A stretch of DNA of 64,000 bases from an uncultured Candidatus Saccharibacteria bacterium (GTDB taxonomy: Bacteria > Patescibacteriota > Minisyncoccia > Phycocordibacterales > SBAW01). The notes beneath the pieces are model-generated. The model had not been told where the DNA came from and ran no database searches. It saw only the letters and a program-made list of their open reading frames with translations. A program made the position numbers and the translations under genes. Positions 44,901-55,268 of the stretch are shown piece after piece (position 1 is the stretch's first letter; each line of letters starts with the position of its first letter). The stretch covers positions 79,388-143,387 of the forward strand of contig CAZMIU010000001.1 of the NCBI GenBank assembly GCA_964566795.1, read 5' to 3'.

Positions 44901-44965
44901 GGTCTAGTTATTTACAATTGTATTTGTGTATTTTACCACACAGTGGCGCATGGTAAAGTGGGCGC

Positions 44966-46051
44966 ATGGATCTCTTAACCACACTGGTTGCCGTACTTAT
45001 ACTGCTTGCGCTCGGCATCATTGCTTTGCTTATCCGGCTGCAGAAGGGGAGCGCCGCACCGCAGGACAGCCAGTCTCTTATACTGCTCCAAAACCAGCTC
45101 GCAGAGCTTACGCGCTCGATGGATGGGAAGTTGAGCGAGGGCAACAAAACCATGAGCGAGTTTATGACCGGCCAGCAGGGCCAGGCGCGCGAGCTTATGT
45201 CGACCATCACTAAGCAGGTGCAGGAGCAGCTGGTGGAGGTAGTGCGCGGTGTCGCAGAGACTAAGGAGGGCACCAAGCAGGTGCTTGTTGTGGCCGAGCA
45301 ACTGAGCAACTTAGAGAAGGTGCTTAAAAACCAAAAGCAGCGCGGCAACCTGGGCGAGGCGTCACTCGAGCTTATTTTGTCTAACGTGTTGCCGGGGCAA
45401 TATGTGCCGCAGTACCTCTTTAGAGACGGAGAAAAGGTAGACTTTGCCGTTAAGACCCAGGAGGGTCTCATATCGGTCGACGCCAAGTTTCCGTTAGAGA
45501 ACTATATGCGCCTTGTTAATGAGACCGACCCTGAGCGCCAAGAGAGTTACAGAAAGGAGTTCAAAAATGATGTTAAAAAGCGCATAGACGAAACAGCCAA
45601 GTACATACGGCCCGAGGAGGGTACACTGCCCTTTGCGTTTATGTATATCCCGGCCGAGGGCATCTACTATGACCTCCTTAACAACGATGTCGGGGTGGGG
45701 GTTAACGCGCGCGATCTTATTGACTATGCCTACCGCCAAAAGAGCGTGATCATCGTATCTCCCACGACATTCTTGGCGTACCTGCAGACGGTCCTCTTTG
45801 GCAATCAGCGCATGAAGGTGCAGGAGGCAGCCAAGGACATTATTAAGAACGTGTCGGAGCTCGCCAAGCATCTTAAGGCGTACGAGGACAGCCATAACTC
45901 GCTGGGCAAGTCACTAAACGCGGCACTCAACCACTACGACAAGTCGGGTAAGGCCTTTAAAGCGATAGACAAGGATGTTGTAAAGATTACGGATGAGTCG
46001 ATGCAGCTTAAGCTCGAGACCGCAGAAAAGACTCTCTTGGAGCAAGAATAG
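44966..46051 (+). CDS. rmuC: DNA recombination protein RmuC
   Basis: N-terminal TM, coiled coil, RmuC C-terminal domain. Confidence 0.8.
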   Translation: MDLLTTLVAVLILLALGIIALLIRLQKGSAAPQDSQSLILLQNQLAELTRSMDGKLSEGNKTMSEFMTGQQGQARELMSTITKQVQEQLVEVVRGVAETKEGTKQVLVVAEQLSNLEKVLKNQKQRGNLGEASLELILSNVLPGQYVPQYLFRDGEKVDFAVKTQEGLISVDAKFPLENYMRLVNETDPERQESYRKEFKNDVKKRIDETAKYIRPEEGTLPFAFMYIPAEGIYYDLLNNDVGVGVNARDLIDYAYRQKSVIIVSPTTFLAYLQTVLFGNQRMKVQEAAKDIIKNVSELAKHLKAYEDSHNSLGKSLNAALNHYDKSGKAFKAIDKDVVKITDESMQLKLETAEKTLLEQE

Positions 46052-46316
46052 CAAAAGCCCGGCGCGCATGCCGGGCTTTCTAGTGCCTGTCAGAAAACTA
46101 GACAGGGTATATGAGCGCTGCTCCTAAAACGATCGGCAGGGCCAGGATCGCAAATACCAGGCCCGCCTTGACTCCCTCCGACATGACCATTGAAAGTCCC
46201 TCTTTGTTGGCCCTCTGCCCACCCCATAATCGCCCAGATACAGCCCTACGCAAGGGGGTTGTGCACATGGGGGTTTTGGGGTAGTATCTCCCTACGAGCC
46301 CCAGGCTCATTTTTGT

Positions 46317-46706
46317 ATGGCAACTGCGACTAAAAAGACCACCAAAGCCGCCCCCAAGGCAGCCAAGAAAGAGGCCCCAGCTTCCGGCGCATTTTCTGTC
46401 ATCCAGACCGGCGGCAAGCAGTATGTGGTTGAGGCCGGCTCAACGCTCAAGATCGAGAAGCTCCCCGGCGAGCACAAGGTGGGCGACACCATTGCCTTTG
46501 GCGAGGTGCTCGTGTCTGACAACGGCAAGGATGCTACCACTATTGGCGCACCATTTATCTCGGGCGCCAAGGTAGAGGCCGAGATCACCAAGATCGACCG
46601 CGCCAAGAAAGTAACGGTCATCCGCTACAAGGCCAAGTCCAACCACTTTAAGAAGCGCGGCCACCGCCAGCCTTACTTCGAGGTTAAAATAACCAAACTC
46701 GCATAA
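46317..46706 (+). CDS. rplU: 50S ribosomal protein L21 with Lys/Ala-rich N-terminal extension
   Basis: FSVIQTGGKQYVV..KIEKL core. Confidence 0.85.
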   Translation: MATATKKTTKAAPKAAKKEAPASGAFSVIQTGGKQYVVEAGSTLKIEKLPGEHKVGDTIAFGEVLVSDNGKDATTIGAPFISGAKVEAEITKIDRAKKVTVIRYKAKSNHFKKRGHRQPYFEVKITKLA

Positions 46707-46712
46707 CAATAA

Positions 46713-46744
46713 AAGCCGCCCCCAAGGGAGCGGCTTTTTTGTTT
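46713..46744 (+). terminator. rho-independent terminator
   Basis: AAGCCGCCCC-caag-GGAGCGGCTT + TTTTTGTTT. Confidence 0.7.
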
Positions 46745-46753
46745 GGCCAGCAC

Positions 46754-46960
46754 TTAGTGCGTGGCAATGTAGATGCTGGCGCCGGCTAGCGCCAGAGCCA
46801 CAGCGATGCCGGGGATGCTGAAGATACTCAGAAACCAGCCTCTATTAAACCGGTCGGCCTCCTCGCGGTCGGCGCGTGCTGCGTCCTCGAGCTCTTCGCA
46901 GGTTGCCCGAGAAATGTTCTCAAACATGATGTTGGCCATGCTCGCCTCCCTGTCTGGCAA
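46754..46960 (-). CDS. small membrane-anchored protein, hypothetical
   Basis: 68 aa, C-terminal TM. Confidence 0.35.
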   Translation of the reverse strand: MPDREASMANIMFENISRATCEELEDAARADREEADRFNRGWFLSIFSIPGIAVALALAGASIYIATH

Positions 46961-46973
46961 GAGGATAGCACGC

Positions 46974-47588
46974 CTAATGCCTGTTGCCCAGCGCTTGGGC
47001 TATGGTGTCCGGGTCGGCGTACTCAAGCTCGGAGCCTGTGGACAGGCCGCGGCCCAAGGAGGAGATTTTAAAGTTGAGGCTCATGGAGATCGGGCGCAGC
47101 TTCTCCATCAAGATCTCGCGGGTGTGGTCGCCCTCGGTGGTCGCCGAGAGCCCGAGTATGAGCTCATGTAACTTAAGTGCAGAGGCGTCTTCCTCGACGC
47201 GCTTTACAAGCTCGCGCAGGCGCACCTGGCTCTCGGGCTCATCAGAGGCTAGGGCAATGGTGCCGCCCAGACAGAAGTAGAGCCCCCTAAAGCCGGAGCG
47301 CTCGACATTTTCAATATCGGCGTCCTTCTCGACCACAAAAATAATAGAGGCCTCGCGCTCAGGCTTGGCGCATATGGGGCAGAGCTCTCCCTGGCCCTGC
47401 TTGGTGTACCAGCGGTAGCACATGGCGCACTGCCTGCTTTCGGCCCCGAGCTTTTTTATGATCTCCGAGAGCTCCTGGCGAAAGGCGGGGGAGGTAGAGA
47501 GCAGATACTGCACAAAGCGCCGGGCCTGGCGCGGCCCGATGCCGGGGAACTTCTCAAATAAAAACGAAAGTCTATCGATTGGGTCCAT
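46974..47588 (-). CDS. recR: recombination protein RecR
   Basis: HhH FPGIGPRQA, C4 zinc finger CAMCYRW..CPIC, Toprim. Confidence 0.85.
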   Translation of the reverse strand: MDPIDRLSFLFEKFPGIGPRQARRFVQYLLSTSPAFRQELSEIIKKLGAESRQCAMCYRWYTKQGQGELCPICAKPEREASIIFVVEKDADIENVERSGFRGLYFCLGGTIALASDEPESQVRLRELVKRVEEDASALKLHELILGLSATTEGDHTREILMEKLRPISMSLNFKISSLGRGLSTGSELEYADPDTIAQALGNRH

Positions 47589-47711
47589 GGTGGGGAGGGT
47601 CAAAACAAGGTGAGACGAGCATCTCGGAGGCCGACGGGCCGAGAGTAGCAAATTTCTAGCAAGAAATTATGTGTGCTCGGCGAGCCTTGGTTTTGTACCC
47701 TCCCCATTCTA

Positions 47712-49097
47712 TCAAAAAGCGTCGAGAGAATCGGCAGACTCAAAGGCGCCAAAGTCGGTCTTCTCGAGCGATTTGTAGGTGGTGCGTTTGTCGTCAAAGA
47801 AGAGCTCTATCTTCCCGACGGGGCCGTTGCGGTGCTTCTCCACCAGGATCTCGGCGATGTTGGGACGGTCGGACTCCTTGTTAATCTTATCGTCGCGGTG
47901 GATAAACATAACCACGTCGGCGTCCTGCTCGATAGAGCCCGAGTCGCGCAGGTCGGAGAGCCTGGGCTTGCCGCCGCGCTGCTCGACGGCGCGGGAGAGC
48001 TGCGAGAGCGCAATGACCGGCACCTCCATTTCGCGGGCAAGCTGCTTAAGCGAGCGCGATATCTCTGTCACTTGCTGGACCAGGTTGTCCTGCGCACGCG
48101 ACTGTGTGGGGACCATCAGCTGCAGGTAGTCGACAATAATCATGTCGAGGCCATGCTCCTTTTTAAGCCGGCGCGCGGTGGCGCGCATCTTGAGGATGTT
48201 TTGCGCGGGCTCGTCTGATATATAGATGGGGGCCTGGCCCAGGCGGTCGTAGGCCTCGCGGATGCGCACCCAGTCGTCCTGGTCGTTGATGTGGCCGGTG
48301 CGGAGATTCCAGGAGTTGACCCCGGCCTCGGAGGCGACCATGCGGTCGATTATCTGCTGCGCGGCCATCTCAAGGCTAAATATACCCACCACCGCCTTGT
48401 GGTCTATAGCAGCATGGCGCGCGATGTCGAAGGCCAACGCCGACTTACCGACAGAGGGGCGCGCCGCCAAGATAATAAGGTCGGACTTTTGGAAGCCGGC
48501 CAGGAGGTTGTCCAGGTCCTTAAAGCCGCTACGCACACCGCGCACCTCGTCTTTGTGCTCGTGCAGGTACTCGAGCCTGGACCACGCCTCTTTTAGGGAG
48601 TCGCCGAGGGCCATAAACTTGGACATGGTCGGCGTCTGGGTAATTTCAAATACCTTCTTTTCTGCTTTGTCCAAAGTCTCATCTAAATCAGCTGCCTCGT
48701 CAAAGCCAAGCTCGGCCACATACTCGCCGGCATCTATAAGCCCACGCAGCATGTGCTTTTTCTGCACCAGGCTTGCGTAGTGGCGCGCGTTACTCGCGGC
48801 CGGCACATCGGCTGCGAGCTCTGCCAGGTAGGGGAGCCCACCCACGCCCTCAAGCTGCCCCAAGTCGGCAAGTTTGGCGCGAACCGACTCAATGTCGATT
48901 GGTTCGTTCTTGGCATATAGCGCCTGCATGGCGCGGTAGATGATGCGGTGCTTCTCGGCATAAAAGGCGTCGTCGTTAATAAGGTCGGTCGTCTCGACCA
49001 TGCCCTCGGGGCGCAGCATAAGCGCGCCCAAGAAGGCCTTTTCAGACTCCAGAGATTGTGGAGGTAGTCTCAACCCATCGCGCTTACCCTTGGCCAT
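47712..49097 (-). CDS. dnaB: replicative DNA helicase DnaB
   Basis: N-terminal DnaB domain and RecA-like Walker motifs. Confidence 0.9.
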   Translation of the reverse strand: MAKGKRDGLRLPPQSLESEKAFLGALMLRPEGMVETTDLINDDAFYAEKHRIIYRAMQALYAKNEPIDIESVRAKLADLGQLEGVGGLPYLAELAADVPAASNARHYASLVQKKHMLRGLIDAGEYVAELGFDEAADLDETLDKAEKKVFEITQTPTMSKFMALGDSLKEAWSRLEYLHEHKDEVRGVRSGFKDLDNLLAGFQKSDLIILAARPSVGKSALAFDIARHAAIDHKAVVGIFSLEMAAQQIIDRMVASEAGVNSWNLRTGHINDQDDWVRIREAYDRLGQAPIYISDEPAQNILKMRATARRLKKEHGLDMIIVDYLQLMVPTQSRAQDNLVQQVTEISRSLKQLAREMEVPVIALSQLSRAVEQRGGKPRLSDLRDSGSIEQDADVVMFIHRDDKINKESDRPNIAEILVEKHRNGPVGKIELFFDDKRTTYKSLEKTDFGAFESADSLDAF

Positions 49098-49201
49098 GGG
49101 GTAAGTGTACTCCGAGCGGTGTCTTACCCCAAATGTGTGTATGAGGTGGATAGAAAGGGGATAGTACCTATTACTACCTATAGGGTGTGATAGGTGAACG
49201 T

Positions 49202-50665
49202 TTATTTTTTGGTCACTTTTTGGCCTTCGGGAGTGTCTTTAACCACAAAGCCTTTTTTGGCAATCTCGAGGCGCAGGTCGTCTGACTTCTTAAAGTTCTT
49301 GCTGCGGCGGGCCTCATCGCGTGCCGAGAGAAGGCGCTGCACCTCATCCGGCAGGTCGCCTACTGATATCACGGTCACGCGCGCTGTGGGGCCCGATTCG
49401 CCAAACCCTAGGCCTAAGATCTTGTCTGCAAGCGTGAGCGAGGCACGCTTAACCGCCGGGGTGATGTCTGGGTCGCGCAGCAAGTCCCACACGCGTGCCA
49501 GTGCCTTGGGGGTGTTAAGGTCGTCGGCAATAGCGCCAACAAAGTCGCGCATAAAGGCGCTGTCAGGTGCCAGGTTAGAGGGCGGGAGCTCTAGGTACGC
49601 GCGGGTGAGCCGCATGTAGGCGGTGTTGGCAGCTTCCAGAGCGTCCCAGGTAAAGTTGGTCGGCGTTTTATAGTGGCTGGTCATGTACCAGTAGCGAAGA
49701 GCCCTGGGCTCGAGCCCTTTGTCTTTAACCTGCTTAAGTGAGATGGTGTTGCGCAGAGACTTGGATATTTTTTTATCCTCGATGGTCGTAAACTCGCCAT
49801 GCAGCCAATAGCGCACAAACTGCTTGCCGGTGGCGGCCTCGGCCTGGGCCAGCTCATTGTTGTGGTGTATCGCGATATGGTCGATGCCGCCGGTGTGTAT
49901 GTCTATCTGTTTGCCAAGGAGTGTAAATATCATGGCCACGCACTCCGTGTGCCAACCGGGGAAGCCAAGCCCCCAGGGGGACTCCCAGCCGAGCTTTTTG
50001 TCGCTCTTCCAGAGCACGAAGTCTTGCGGGCGCTTTTTGCCCGCCGCTACCTTAAGGCGTGCTCCCGCCTCTTGCCCCGCGATATCCTGCCCACCCAGCT
50101 TGCCGTATCCGGGGAAGCGGCTGGTGTCGTAGTACACGCCATCGGGCAAGCGATATGCGTAGCCCTTTTGCTCGAGCGATTTTACGAGTGCGATTTGCTC
50201 GGCAATGTACTTGGAGGCGCGGGGAAAGCGGATATGCTCCACATCAAGCCCTAACTCCGCGATATCTGCCAAAAAGGCCTCGGCGTACTTCTCGGCGAGC
50301 TTGGCCATGTTCTCCATGCTCACCTTCATCTTCTCGCGCTTAAGGCCCTTGCTCATCTTGTCCTCGCCCTCGTCGGCGTCGCTTACCAGGTGGCCAAAGT
50401 CGGTAATGTTGATGGCCTGCTGCACGCTGTATCCCCAAAACAGGAGCGTGCGGCGCACTATGTCGGCATTAATGTAGGCGCGCAGGTTGCCGATGTGTAT
50501 GTAGTCGTACACCGTGGGGCCGCAGTTGTACATCTTAACGACACGGCCCAAGGGGACAAACTCCTCTTTCTCGCCGGAGAGGGTGTTGTAGAGCATGAGC
50601 GGAGGCAGCGCCGGCCGCGCTGGCGGGCTTTTTTTAGACAATGATGTAATGAGTTTTTTAAGCAT
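49202..50665 (-). CDS. cysS: cysteinyl-tRNA synthetase
   Basis: HIGN (HIGH) and KISKS motifs; start may be internal ATG (MLYNTL..). Confidence 0.9.
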   Translation of the reverse strand: MLKKLITSLSKKSPPARPALPPLMLYNTLSGEKEEFVPLGRVVKMYNCGPTVYDYIHIGNLRAYINADIVRRTLLFWGYSVQQAINITDFGHLVSDADEGEDKMSKGLKREKMKVSMENMAKLAEKYAEAFLADIAELGLDVEHIRFPRASKYIAEQIALVKSLEQKGYAYRLPDGVYYDTSRFPGYGKLGGQDIAGQEAGARLKVAAGKKRPQDFVLWKSDKKLGWESPWGLGFPGWHTECVAMIFTLLGKQIDIHTGGIDHIAIHHNNELAQAEAATGKQFVRYWLHGEFTTIEDKKISKSLRNTISLKQVKDKGLEPRALRYWYMTSHYKTPTNFTWDALEAANTAYMRLTRAYLELPPSNLAPDSAFMRDFVGAIADDLNTPKALARVWDLLRDPDITPAVKRASLTLADKILGLGFGESGPTARVTVISVGDLPDEVQRLLSARDEARRSKNFKKSDDLRLEIAKKGFVVKDTPEGQKVTKK

Positions 50666-51576
50666 TAGAGCCAGTCCTTGTGGCGGAAGTATACAAAACA
50701 GCCCACTGCAAGAACAGCCATGCCCCCCACGATAATCCAGAAGTCGAGCGGGGAGCCGATAATGGGGTTATTGATGGTGTTCATGCCAAAGACGCCAGCC
50801 ACAAATGACAGCGGCAGGAATACGAACGCCAATACGGTAAACGTCTTCATTATCTCGTTTTGCTTGGTGTTGAGCAGAGAGTCGTTGGTGGAGCGCAGCT
50901 CGTGCAGAGAGTCGCGCAGGCTCATAAGCTCGTGGTCTACCCGTGCGCGGGTGCCCTCTAGCTCGCGCAGATAGTACGTAAACTCCTGCCCCCAGAGCCT
51001 TGGGGCTGCAGGCTCCAAGGAGCCCAGCATTTCCTTGTGTGGCGCAAGTGAGCGGGAAAAGTCGTACAGTGCGCGTGCTACGTGCGACAGCTCAAACACC
51101 ATGCGGCGCTCATCGCCCTTAAAAATCTTGGTCTCTATATCCTCCAGGCGGCCGCGCACCAGGTCGCATTCCTCGCTTAAAGAGCGGTATAAGTTTTGCA
51201 GCATGCTGGCAAACAGGTGGCCGCCGTGCGCGCTGTGGTTGCGCCCCAAGAGCGAACCCACCTCAAACGCCTTGGCAAACGTGTGCAGGGGGTCGATGTT
51301 TTCGTAGCGTGCGGTGATTAAAAACTTCTGCCCGATGATAAAGTCGATTTCCTGCTCGGGGCGGCGCCCCAGCCCCACCCTAAGCGTGGGGAAGTGGAGT
51401 ATCACGTAGGCCATGTCACCCGCGCGCTCGACCTTGGATTTGTATGAGATGGAGAGCAATTCCTGGGCGATGTGTGGCGGCAGTGCAAACTCCTGCATGA
51501 GCTCGCGCACCTCCTTGGGTGTCGGTGCGACCATGTCTATCCACGTCAAATCGCGCTCCTTGTAGCGAGTGAGCAT
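50665..51576 (-). CDS. corA: CorA-family magnesium transporter
   Basis: VFGMN signature, two C-terminal TM. Confidence 0.8.
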   Translation of the reverse strand: MLTRYKERDLTWIDMVAPTPKEVRELMQEFALPPHIAQELLSISYKSKVERAGDMAYVILHFPTLRVGLGRRPEQEIDFIIGQKFLITARYENIDPLHTFAKAFEVGSLLGRNHSAHGGHLFASMLQNLYRSLSEECDLVRGRLEDIETKIFKGDERRMVFELSHVARALYDFSRSLAPHKEMLGSLEPAAPRLWGQEFTYYLRELEGTRARVDHELMSLRDSLHELRSTNDSLLNTKQNEIMKTFTVLAFVFLPLSFVAGVFGMNTINNPIIGSPLDFWIIVGGMAVLAVGCFVYFRHKDWL

Positions 51577-51639
51577 ACAGAGATAAGTATATAGTGACTT
51601 CTTAATGTGTACCGGTGTCCTGTGATATACTGTTTATAT

Positions 51640-52854
51640 ATGAACAGGTCCAAACTCGCGGCGGCAGGCATGTTTGCCGCGGTTGTATTGGCGTTTGGCG
51701 CGGGTATGTACGCAGGCGTATCCGAGCGCGTAACCGGCATGGTGTTTGCACAGGGCGTAGGCGGCGTGCAGCCTTCCAATGTCGACTTCTCCAAGTTTTG
51801 GGCGGCGTGGTCGCTTCTTAACAAAAATTTTGTACAAACCCACAGCTCATCGAGCGTGCCGACTGATCAGGAAAAGTTGTATGGCGCGATAGCGGGGCTT
51901 ACCGACAGCTATGGCGACCCGTACACGACCTTCTTCCCGCCGGCAGAGGCCAAGGAGTTTGCAGAGAACCTCAACGGCGAGTTTGGGGGCGTGGGCATGG
52001 AGATGGGCACCAAAGACGGCGCTATTACCGTTATAGCTCCGCTTAAGGACAGCCCGGCCGAGCGCGCGGGCGTGCGCTCGGGCGACATTGTGGTGATGGT
52101 AGACGCCACCTCTACCCAGGGCATGTCGGTAGATGACGCGGTCAAGCTTATCCGCGGGCCCAAGGGCACCACGGTTAAGCTCACCCTGGAGCGCGCTTCT
52201 ACCACAGAACCGGTAATTGTCTCTATTGTCCGCGATACTATCAACATCCCTATCATCGAGGGCAAGCTCGAGAAGGGTGTGTACACCATTTCTCTCTACA
52301 GTTTTTCCCAGAACTCGGCCGAGCTCTTTAGGCAGGAGCTGCGAAAGTTTGTGCTGTCGGGCTCCAACAAGCTTATACTCGACCTGCGCGGCAACCCCGG
52401 GGGCTATTTGGAGGCGGCAGTGCAGATGGCGAGCTTCTTTTTGCCCATTGGCGACACGGTGGTGACCGAGGACTACAAGGGCAAGCAGACCAATGTTGCG
52501 CACCGCTCCTTGGGCTACAACGTGTTTAAGGACTCCAACCTCAAGATGGCAATACTCGCAGACCAAGGCTCGGCCTCGGCCTCAGAGATTTTGGCCGGAG
52601 CGCTGCAACAGCACGGCGTTGCCAAGTTTGTGGGTACGCGCACCTTTGGCAAGGGCTCGGTCCAGCAGCTCTTGGAGCTTGGCGGCGGAGCGGAGATAAA
52701 GATTACGGTGGCGCGCTGGCTGACCCCCAACGGCCAGAGCATCTCAGACGGCGGGCTTACCCCAGACATTAAGGTAGAGCGCACCGCACAGGACTATGCC
52801 GCCGGCCGCGACCCACAGATGGACGAGGCTCTGCGCTGGTTGAAGACGCAATAA
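51640..52854 (+). CDS. ctpA: carboxyl-terminal processing protease (S41) with PDZ
   Basis: LDLRGNPGG motif, PDZ domain; ATG 51640. Confidence 0.8.
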   Translation: MNRSKLAAAGMFAAVVLAFGAGMYAGVSERVTGMVFAQGVGGVQPSNVDFSKFWAAWSLLNKNFVQTHSSSSVPTDQEKLYGAIAGLTDSYGDPYTTFFPPAEAKEFAENLNGEFGGVGMEMGTKDGAITVIAPLKDSPAERAGVRSGDIVVMVDATSTQGMSVDDAVKLIRGPKGTTVKLTLERASTTEPVIVSIVRDTINIPIIEGKLEKGVYTISLYSFSQNSAELFRQELRKFVLSGSNKLILDLRGNPGGYLEAAVQMASFFLPIGDTVVTEDYKGKQTNVAHRSLGYNVFKDSNLKMAILADQGSASASEILAGALQQHGVAKFVGTRTFGKGSVQQLLELGGGAEIKITVARWLTPNGQSISDGGLTPDIKVERTAQDYAAGRDPQMDEALRWLKTQ

Positions 52855-52873
52855 GGGGGAGTATAGTAGAGGG

Positions 52874-53314
52874 GTGAAGGTAATACTTATAAAGGACGTG
52901 CGGGGGTGCGGGCAGGCCAACACTATTGTCGAGGTGGCCGACGGCTACGCGCACAACTTTCTTTTGCCGCATCGCTACGCGGTGGCGGCAACCTACGACA
53001 AGGTCAAGGAGTTTGAGGCAAAAAAGGCCCAGATCGAGGCCCAAAAGGAGAGGGCCGAGGCCGAGCTCATCGGCAAAATAAAGTCGCTGGAGGGCAAGCA
53101 GGTAAAGATTGTGGCCCGCGCAACCGAGAAGGGAGGGTTGTTTAAGGCGGTTACGCCTGCCGACATTGCCAAGCACATCCGGCTTGAGCACAGCCTTGAG
53201 ATACCAGAGGTGGCCATAGATGTGGGCCCCATTAAGACCGTGGGCGAGCACGCCATAAAACTCCACTCAAAATCTGCTAAAGCACAGCTCACTGTTGTGA
53301 TAGTAGCGCAGTAA
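52874..53314 (+). CDS. rplI: 50S ribosomal protein L9
   Basis: MKVILIKDV.. L9 N-domain. Confidence 0.85.
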   Translation: MKVILIKDVRGCGQANTIVEVADGYAHNFLLPHRYAVAATYDKVKEFEAKKAQIEAQKERAEAELIGKIKSLEGKQVKIVARATEKGGLFKAVTPADIAKHIRLEHSLEIPEVAIDVGPIKTVGEHAIKLHSKSAKAQLTVVIVAQ

Positions 53315-53342
53315 AAACCCCTCCATTTGGAGGGTTTTTACT
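53314..53342. terminator. bidirectional terminator (rplI / rpmA)
   Basis: AAAAACCCCTCC-attt-GGAGGGTTTTT. Confidence 0.7.
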
Positions 53343-53619
53343 TAGCTGGGGTGACGTTAACCTGGCTGCGGACGGTTGTGGAGCCGTCAAAGTTCTGCTT
53401 GCGCTTGTCTTTAAAGGAGACTACGCCGCGGGTGAGTGCAAAAAGAGTGTGGTCCTTGCCAAGACCAACATTGAGGCCTGGGAGTACGCGGGTGCCGCGC
53501 TGGCGGACGATAACATCGCCCTGCTTAGCGATCTCTCCGGCATAGAGCTTAACACCGAGATATTTCGGCTTGGAGTCGTTGAGGTTTTTAGCTGTTCCGC
53601 CCGCTTTTTTACTTGCCAT
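53338..53619 (-). CDS. rpmA: 50S ribosomal protein L27
   Basis: [16 protein letters not shown] core; ATG 53619. Confidence 0.8.
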   Translation of the reverse strand: MASKKAGGTAKNLNDSKPKYLGVKLYAGEIAKQGDVIVRQRGTRVLPGLNVGLGKDHTLFALTRGVVSFKDKRKQNFDGSTTVRSQVNVTPAK

Positions 53620-53642
53620 ACGAAATACTGTAAGGTGGGCAC

Positions 53643-54020
53643 ATGATACCAAAAGAGGGCTTACTTGGCAAGCTGGAGCCCCTCCTGCTGCCCTTGGTGG
53701 TCTCTTTGGTGGCTCTTGGCGCCTTTGGCTTGGGTAGGCTGTCGGCCCAGGGTGACACCAAGGAGGCCTTTAGGGTCATATACCCCGAGGCTCAGGCCGC
53801 CAAACCGCTGGCAAACACCGCAGCGGTGTTTGCGGCCGCCCCGGCCCCTGTGGCGGCGGGGGAGGGAGCCTACGTGGCATCCAAAAACGGCTCCAAGTAC
53901 TACCTCACCACCTGTTCAGGCGCCAACCGTATAAAGAAAGAGAATAGGGTCTACTTCGTCTCCGCTCATGACGCCGCGGCAGCAGGGTATGAGCCTGCGG
54001 CTCAGTGCCCAGGGCTATAA
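53643..54020 (+). CDS. membrane-anchored protein with Ada-N-like (degenerate metal-binding) C-terminal segment, hypothetical
   Basis: [31 protein letters not shown] resembles Ada N-domain pattern but only 2 Cys. Confidence 0.35.
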   Translation: MIPKEGLLGKLEPLLLPLVVSLVALGAFGLGRLSAQGDTKEAFRVIYPEAQAAKPLANTAAVFAAAPAPVAAGEGAYVASKNGSKYYLTTCSGANRIKKENRVYFVSAHDAAAAGYEPAAQCPGL

Positions 54021-54029
54021 TGACTATCT

Positions 54030-54296
54030 ATGGCGCGCGTTAAAAAACAGCTCAAAAAAATTCTGGTCCTCGCGGTAGCGACGGTGTTTTTTGTATTAGG
54101 GTTGGTGGGCTTGGTGCTCCCGGTGCTCCAAGGGTGGTTCTTTTTGGCGATATCGGCACTCCTCTTTTCCATGTACTCGCCAACGCTGCGTGCCTTTATA
54201 GACCGCCATACGGTCAAATACCCCAAACTGCACGCGTTTGTGGAGCGGGCCCAGGGCTGGACCACGCGCGTATTTGGCGCACCTGAGGTAGACTAG
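54030..54296 (+). CDS. PGPGW/DUF454-like small membrane protein
   Basis: LPVLQGWFFL motif, 2 TM. Confidence 0.45.
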   Translation: MARVKKQLKKILVLAVATVFFVLGLVGLVLPVLQGWFFLAISALLFSMYSPTLRAFIDRHTVKYPKLHAFVERAQGWTTRVFGAPEVD

Positions 54297-54300
54297 GGGT

Positions 54301-54900
54301 ATGATCGCTTTAGATATAGAAGCATCGGGCATTGGCCCCGACACCCACTCGATACTTTCAGTGGGAGCGCTCGACTTGGACAACCCAAGCAATCAGTTTT
54401 ATGAGGAGTGCCGCGCGTGGGATGGTGCCCACATAAACGATGAGGCTCTGGCTGTGTGCGGCTTTACGCGCGAGCAGGCGACAGACCCCAATAAACAGAC
54501 CGAAGCCGAGTTGGTGCACAAGTTTGCCGCGTGGGCAGAGGCGTGCAAGGACAGGACCCTGGCAGGGCAGAACGTCTCGTTTGATAGAGATATTTTAGAG
54601 GCTGCGGCACGCAGGGCTGGGCACACAGAGTGGCCGTTTGCCCACCGCACCATAGACAGCCACAGCCTGTGCTGGATGCACCAGGTAAAGCGGGGGATGA
54701 CTCCCCCGGTCGACCCGGAAAAGAAGCGCTCGGCGCTTAATCTCGATGTCATACTGCTTTATTGCGGCATCCCCGAGGAGCCCAAGCCGCACAACGCGCT
54801 GACCGGCGCCAAGTGCCACGCCGAAGTTATCTCGCGCCTTTTGTATGACAAAAAACTCCTCCCGGAGTTTGAGCAGTACCCTATTCCGTGGTTAAGTTAG
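54301..54900 (+). CDS. DEDDh 3'-5' exonuclease (DnaQ-like)
   Basis: Exo I ALDIEASG, Exo II NVSFDRDIL, Exo III HNALTGAKCHAEV. Confidence 0.75.
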   Translation: MIALDIEASGIGPDTHSILSVGALDLDNPSNQFYEECRAWDGAHINDEALAVCGFTREQATDPNKQTEAELVHKFAAWAEACKDRTLAGQNVSFDRDILEAAARRAGHTEWPFAHRTIDSHSLCWMHQVKRGMTPPVDPEKKRSALNLDVILLYCGIPEEPKPHNALTGAKCHAEVISRLLYDKKLLPEFEQYPIPWLS

Positions 54901-54907
54901 AAATCTA

Positions 54908-54978
54908 CGGGCTGTAGTATACCGGCAGTACACATGCATGGGGTGCATGTAGACCGGGTTCAATTCCCGGCAGCCCGA
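54908..54978 (+). tRNA. tRNA-Pro(GGG)
   Basis: C1:G72 acceptor CGGGCTG/CAGCCCG, anticodon stem CATGC/GCATG with loop ATGGGGT, T-arm CCGGGTTCAATTCCCGG, discriminator A. Confidence 0.7.
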
Positions 54979-55169
54979 CAAGAAAAGCAGCATTTTGGGC
55001 CTAAAAGTGGGGGACTGTGGGCGTAAAACTTGCCAGGGGTGCCTCCCCTGTCTTGTAGTCCGGCTTATTGCCATAGAGCCGGTTGTGAGGCCTAAAATAT
55101 GGCTTAAAATAAGGGGATATCGGGAATCTAAAGGCGGCCTCATTTTTTGTCAAGCACTTTGCTTGATCG

Positions 55170-55232
55170 ATCACTCAAAAAACAGGTACTATATTCCTAA
55201 CCGCAGCTCGCGTGAGCGCGGCTTTTTTTGTG
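55170..55232 (+). promoter_or_regulatory. promoter (TTGATC-18-TACTAT) immediately followed by GC hairpin + T7 run: short leader/attenuator or tiny sRNA
   Basis: ttgatcgatcactcaaaaaacaggtactat then ccgcagctcgcgtgagcgcggcttttttt. Confidence 0.35.
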
Positions 55233-55268
55233 CCCGCCGACTACTACTAACGCACTAAACACTCATCT

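Noticed and set aside
54979-55100. SRP RNA or other structured ncRNA downstream of tRNA-Pro
   Set aside because: Only simple hairpins are present, with no GGAA or AGCAG helix-8 motifs. The evidence is insufficient.
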